Assembly: GCF_036971445.1 (NCBI RefSeq) | Contig: NC_091473.1 | Location: forward strand, 191,580,001-191,644,000 | DNA: 64,000 nt | Direction of reading: 5' to 3' | From: Narcine bancroftii | Lineage: Eukaryota | Shown: piece after piece, positions 62,682-64,000 of the stretch | How the letters are laid out: the number at the start of each line of letters is the position of its first letter | How positions within the stretch are numbered: the first letter of the stretch is position 1 | Notes under the pieces: model-generated | What the model saw: the letters and a program-made list of their open reading frames with translations, nothing else | What the model was told of the DNA's origin: nothing | The model's database searches: none | Program-made: the position numbers and the translations under genes

Positions 62682-62725
62682 CTGAGCTGCCCTGTCATGG
62701 CCCATATCCTTTTGACGACTGGCCC
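62682..62725 (-). CDS. Penultimate cytoplasmic exon of a convergent receptor gene: (x)ASRQKDMGHDRAAQ
   Basis: cttatatctag acceptor, 44 nt, CAG|GTAAGC donor, phase 1 to 0 (same as exon 5 of the plus-strand gene). Confidence 0.7.
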
Positions 62726-64000
62726 CTAGATATAAGAGCACGAATTGAAGACATTAGTTGGTCCTACCAATAATAATAATTAGTAGGTCATTAGATTCCC
62801 AAAATCACCACTCACACATTATAGTAATGTTCCATGTCAATAGTTTCCAACAATTTTACTCTAACCGATGGTCTATTGGCTATACCTCATGAGGAGATTG
62901 GGTCTGTCACCAAACGCATATTCCTCCAGGTGGGGAGCATTCTGAACGGTTGCATCACTGTCTGGTGCCAGTGCCCAGGGCAGGAAAAGACTACAAAGAG
63001 TTGAGAACCCAGCCAGCTCTATCACGGGCACCAGTCTTCGCTCCATCGAGGACACCTAAAAGAGGCGGTGTCTCAAGAAAGCAGCCTCTATCCTCAAGGA
63101 TCCCCCCCCCCACACCCCCGACACCACCCAGGCCCTCTTCACATCACCACCTTACACCCCGGTACCTTCTTTCAGGATTTCTGCGTTTTTACCCATCAGA
63201 TTTGTTAACCACAGACACCAGCTATTTTTTCTCCTTATTTTTTAAAACATGATTTAAACCTGTCTCAAATAACGAATTTCGTGACACATGTTCATGACAA
63301 TAAAATTTGATTCTGGTTTCTCAAATGCTTTCCCCAATGCCAATTAATCTCTAATTACTTTACACTTCAGCAGAAGCCACATTTCCACCTATACCCTTCA
63401 ATCCAAGATTGACCAGCAAGGGCTTTTCTCTATAGAGTGACGAAGAGTGAAGATTGCCTTAAAAGTGGTGCATAAGAAAGGCCTTGATAGGGTGGGCAGC
63501 CAGTATCTGTTCCCCCAGCGTGACAACAGCAAAGAGCCGGAAGAGATCTGTTTAGGTGAGTGCATGGACCTTTAGGGGAGATGTCAGACGACATAAACAG
63601 GATGCAGAGTTGGGCAGAAAAGTTGAAGATGGAGTTCACTCCGGATAAGTGTGAGGTGATACATTTTGGAAGGTCATACCAGAAGGCTGAGTGTGGAGGA
63701 ACAGAGGAACCCCACATCTCTCAAGGTGGCCACTCAGGTTGATCGGACAGTTAAGAAGGCCTATGGGACATTGGGCTTCATTAGTCAGGGGATTGAGTTC
63801 AAGAGTTGAGAGGTCATGTTGCAGCTCGGCAAATCTCTGGTGAGACCCCACTTGGAGTAATGCGTTCAGATTGGAAAATAACTCTTGTGAGGCAAGACTA
63901 TCAGAGCTGGGACTTTTTAGAGCATAGAAGGACGAGAGGAGGCTTAATAGAGGTCTATAAGATTCTGAGAGACATGGACAAGGTGGACAGCCAGCGTCTT

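Overview
Repeat-rich vertebrate genomic DNA. The repeat content (V-SINE/HE1-like SINEs, CR1, Penelope, Rex/L2 and L1 LINEs) suggests a cartilaginous fish, probably a ray; this is an inference. Three genes can be read from splice signals. (1) The 5' three coding exons of PAQR6 lie on the minus strand, with a CpG-island promoter at about 15.0-16.1 kb. (2) A complete six-exon gene on the plus strand (23614-55062, 867 nt CDS, 288 aa) encodes a non-rearranging antigen-receptor-like protein: signal peptide, one exon with a germline-joined V+J domain (FGTGTKLVV), a C1-set domain, a stalk cysteine, an uncharged TM helix and a short tail ending ENEIYAQLAINTL. All five introns are GT-AG and phase-compatible, and AATAAA lies about 190 nt after the stop. 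(3) The last two exons of a convergent minus-strand gene (62725-61947) have the same cytoplasmic exon phasing and a canonical ITIM (SIYTSL). Genes 2 and 3 look like a tail-to-tail pair of PRARP/VJ-C1-type receptor chains that could form a TCR-shaped, germline-encoded inhibitory dimer; this is the main finding. The rest is transposon-derived or simple repeat: a full-length L1 with a 17-bp TSD nested in an LTR, a second internally deleted L1, CR1s, solo LTRs, hAT and Tc1-type MITEs, Chapaev3-like relics and minisatellites. There is also a 164-N gap.
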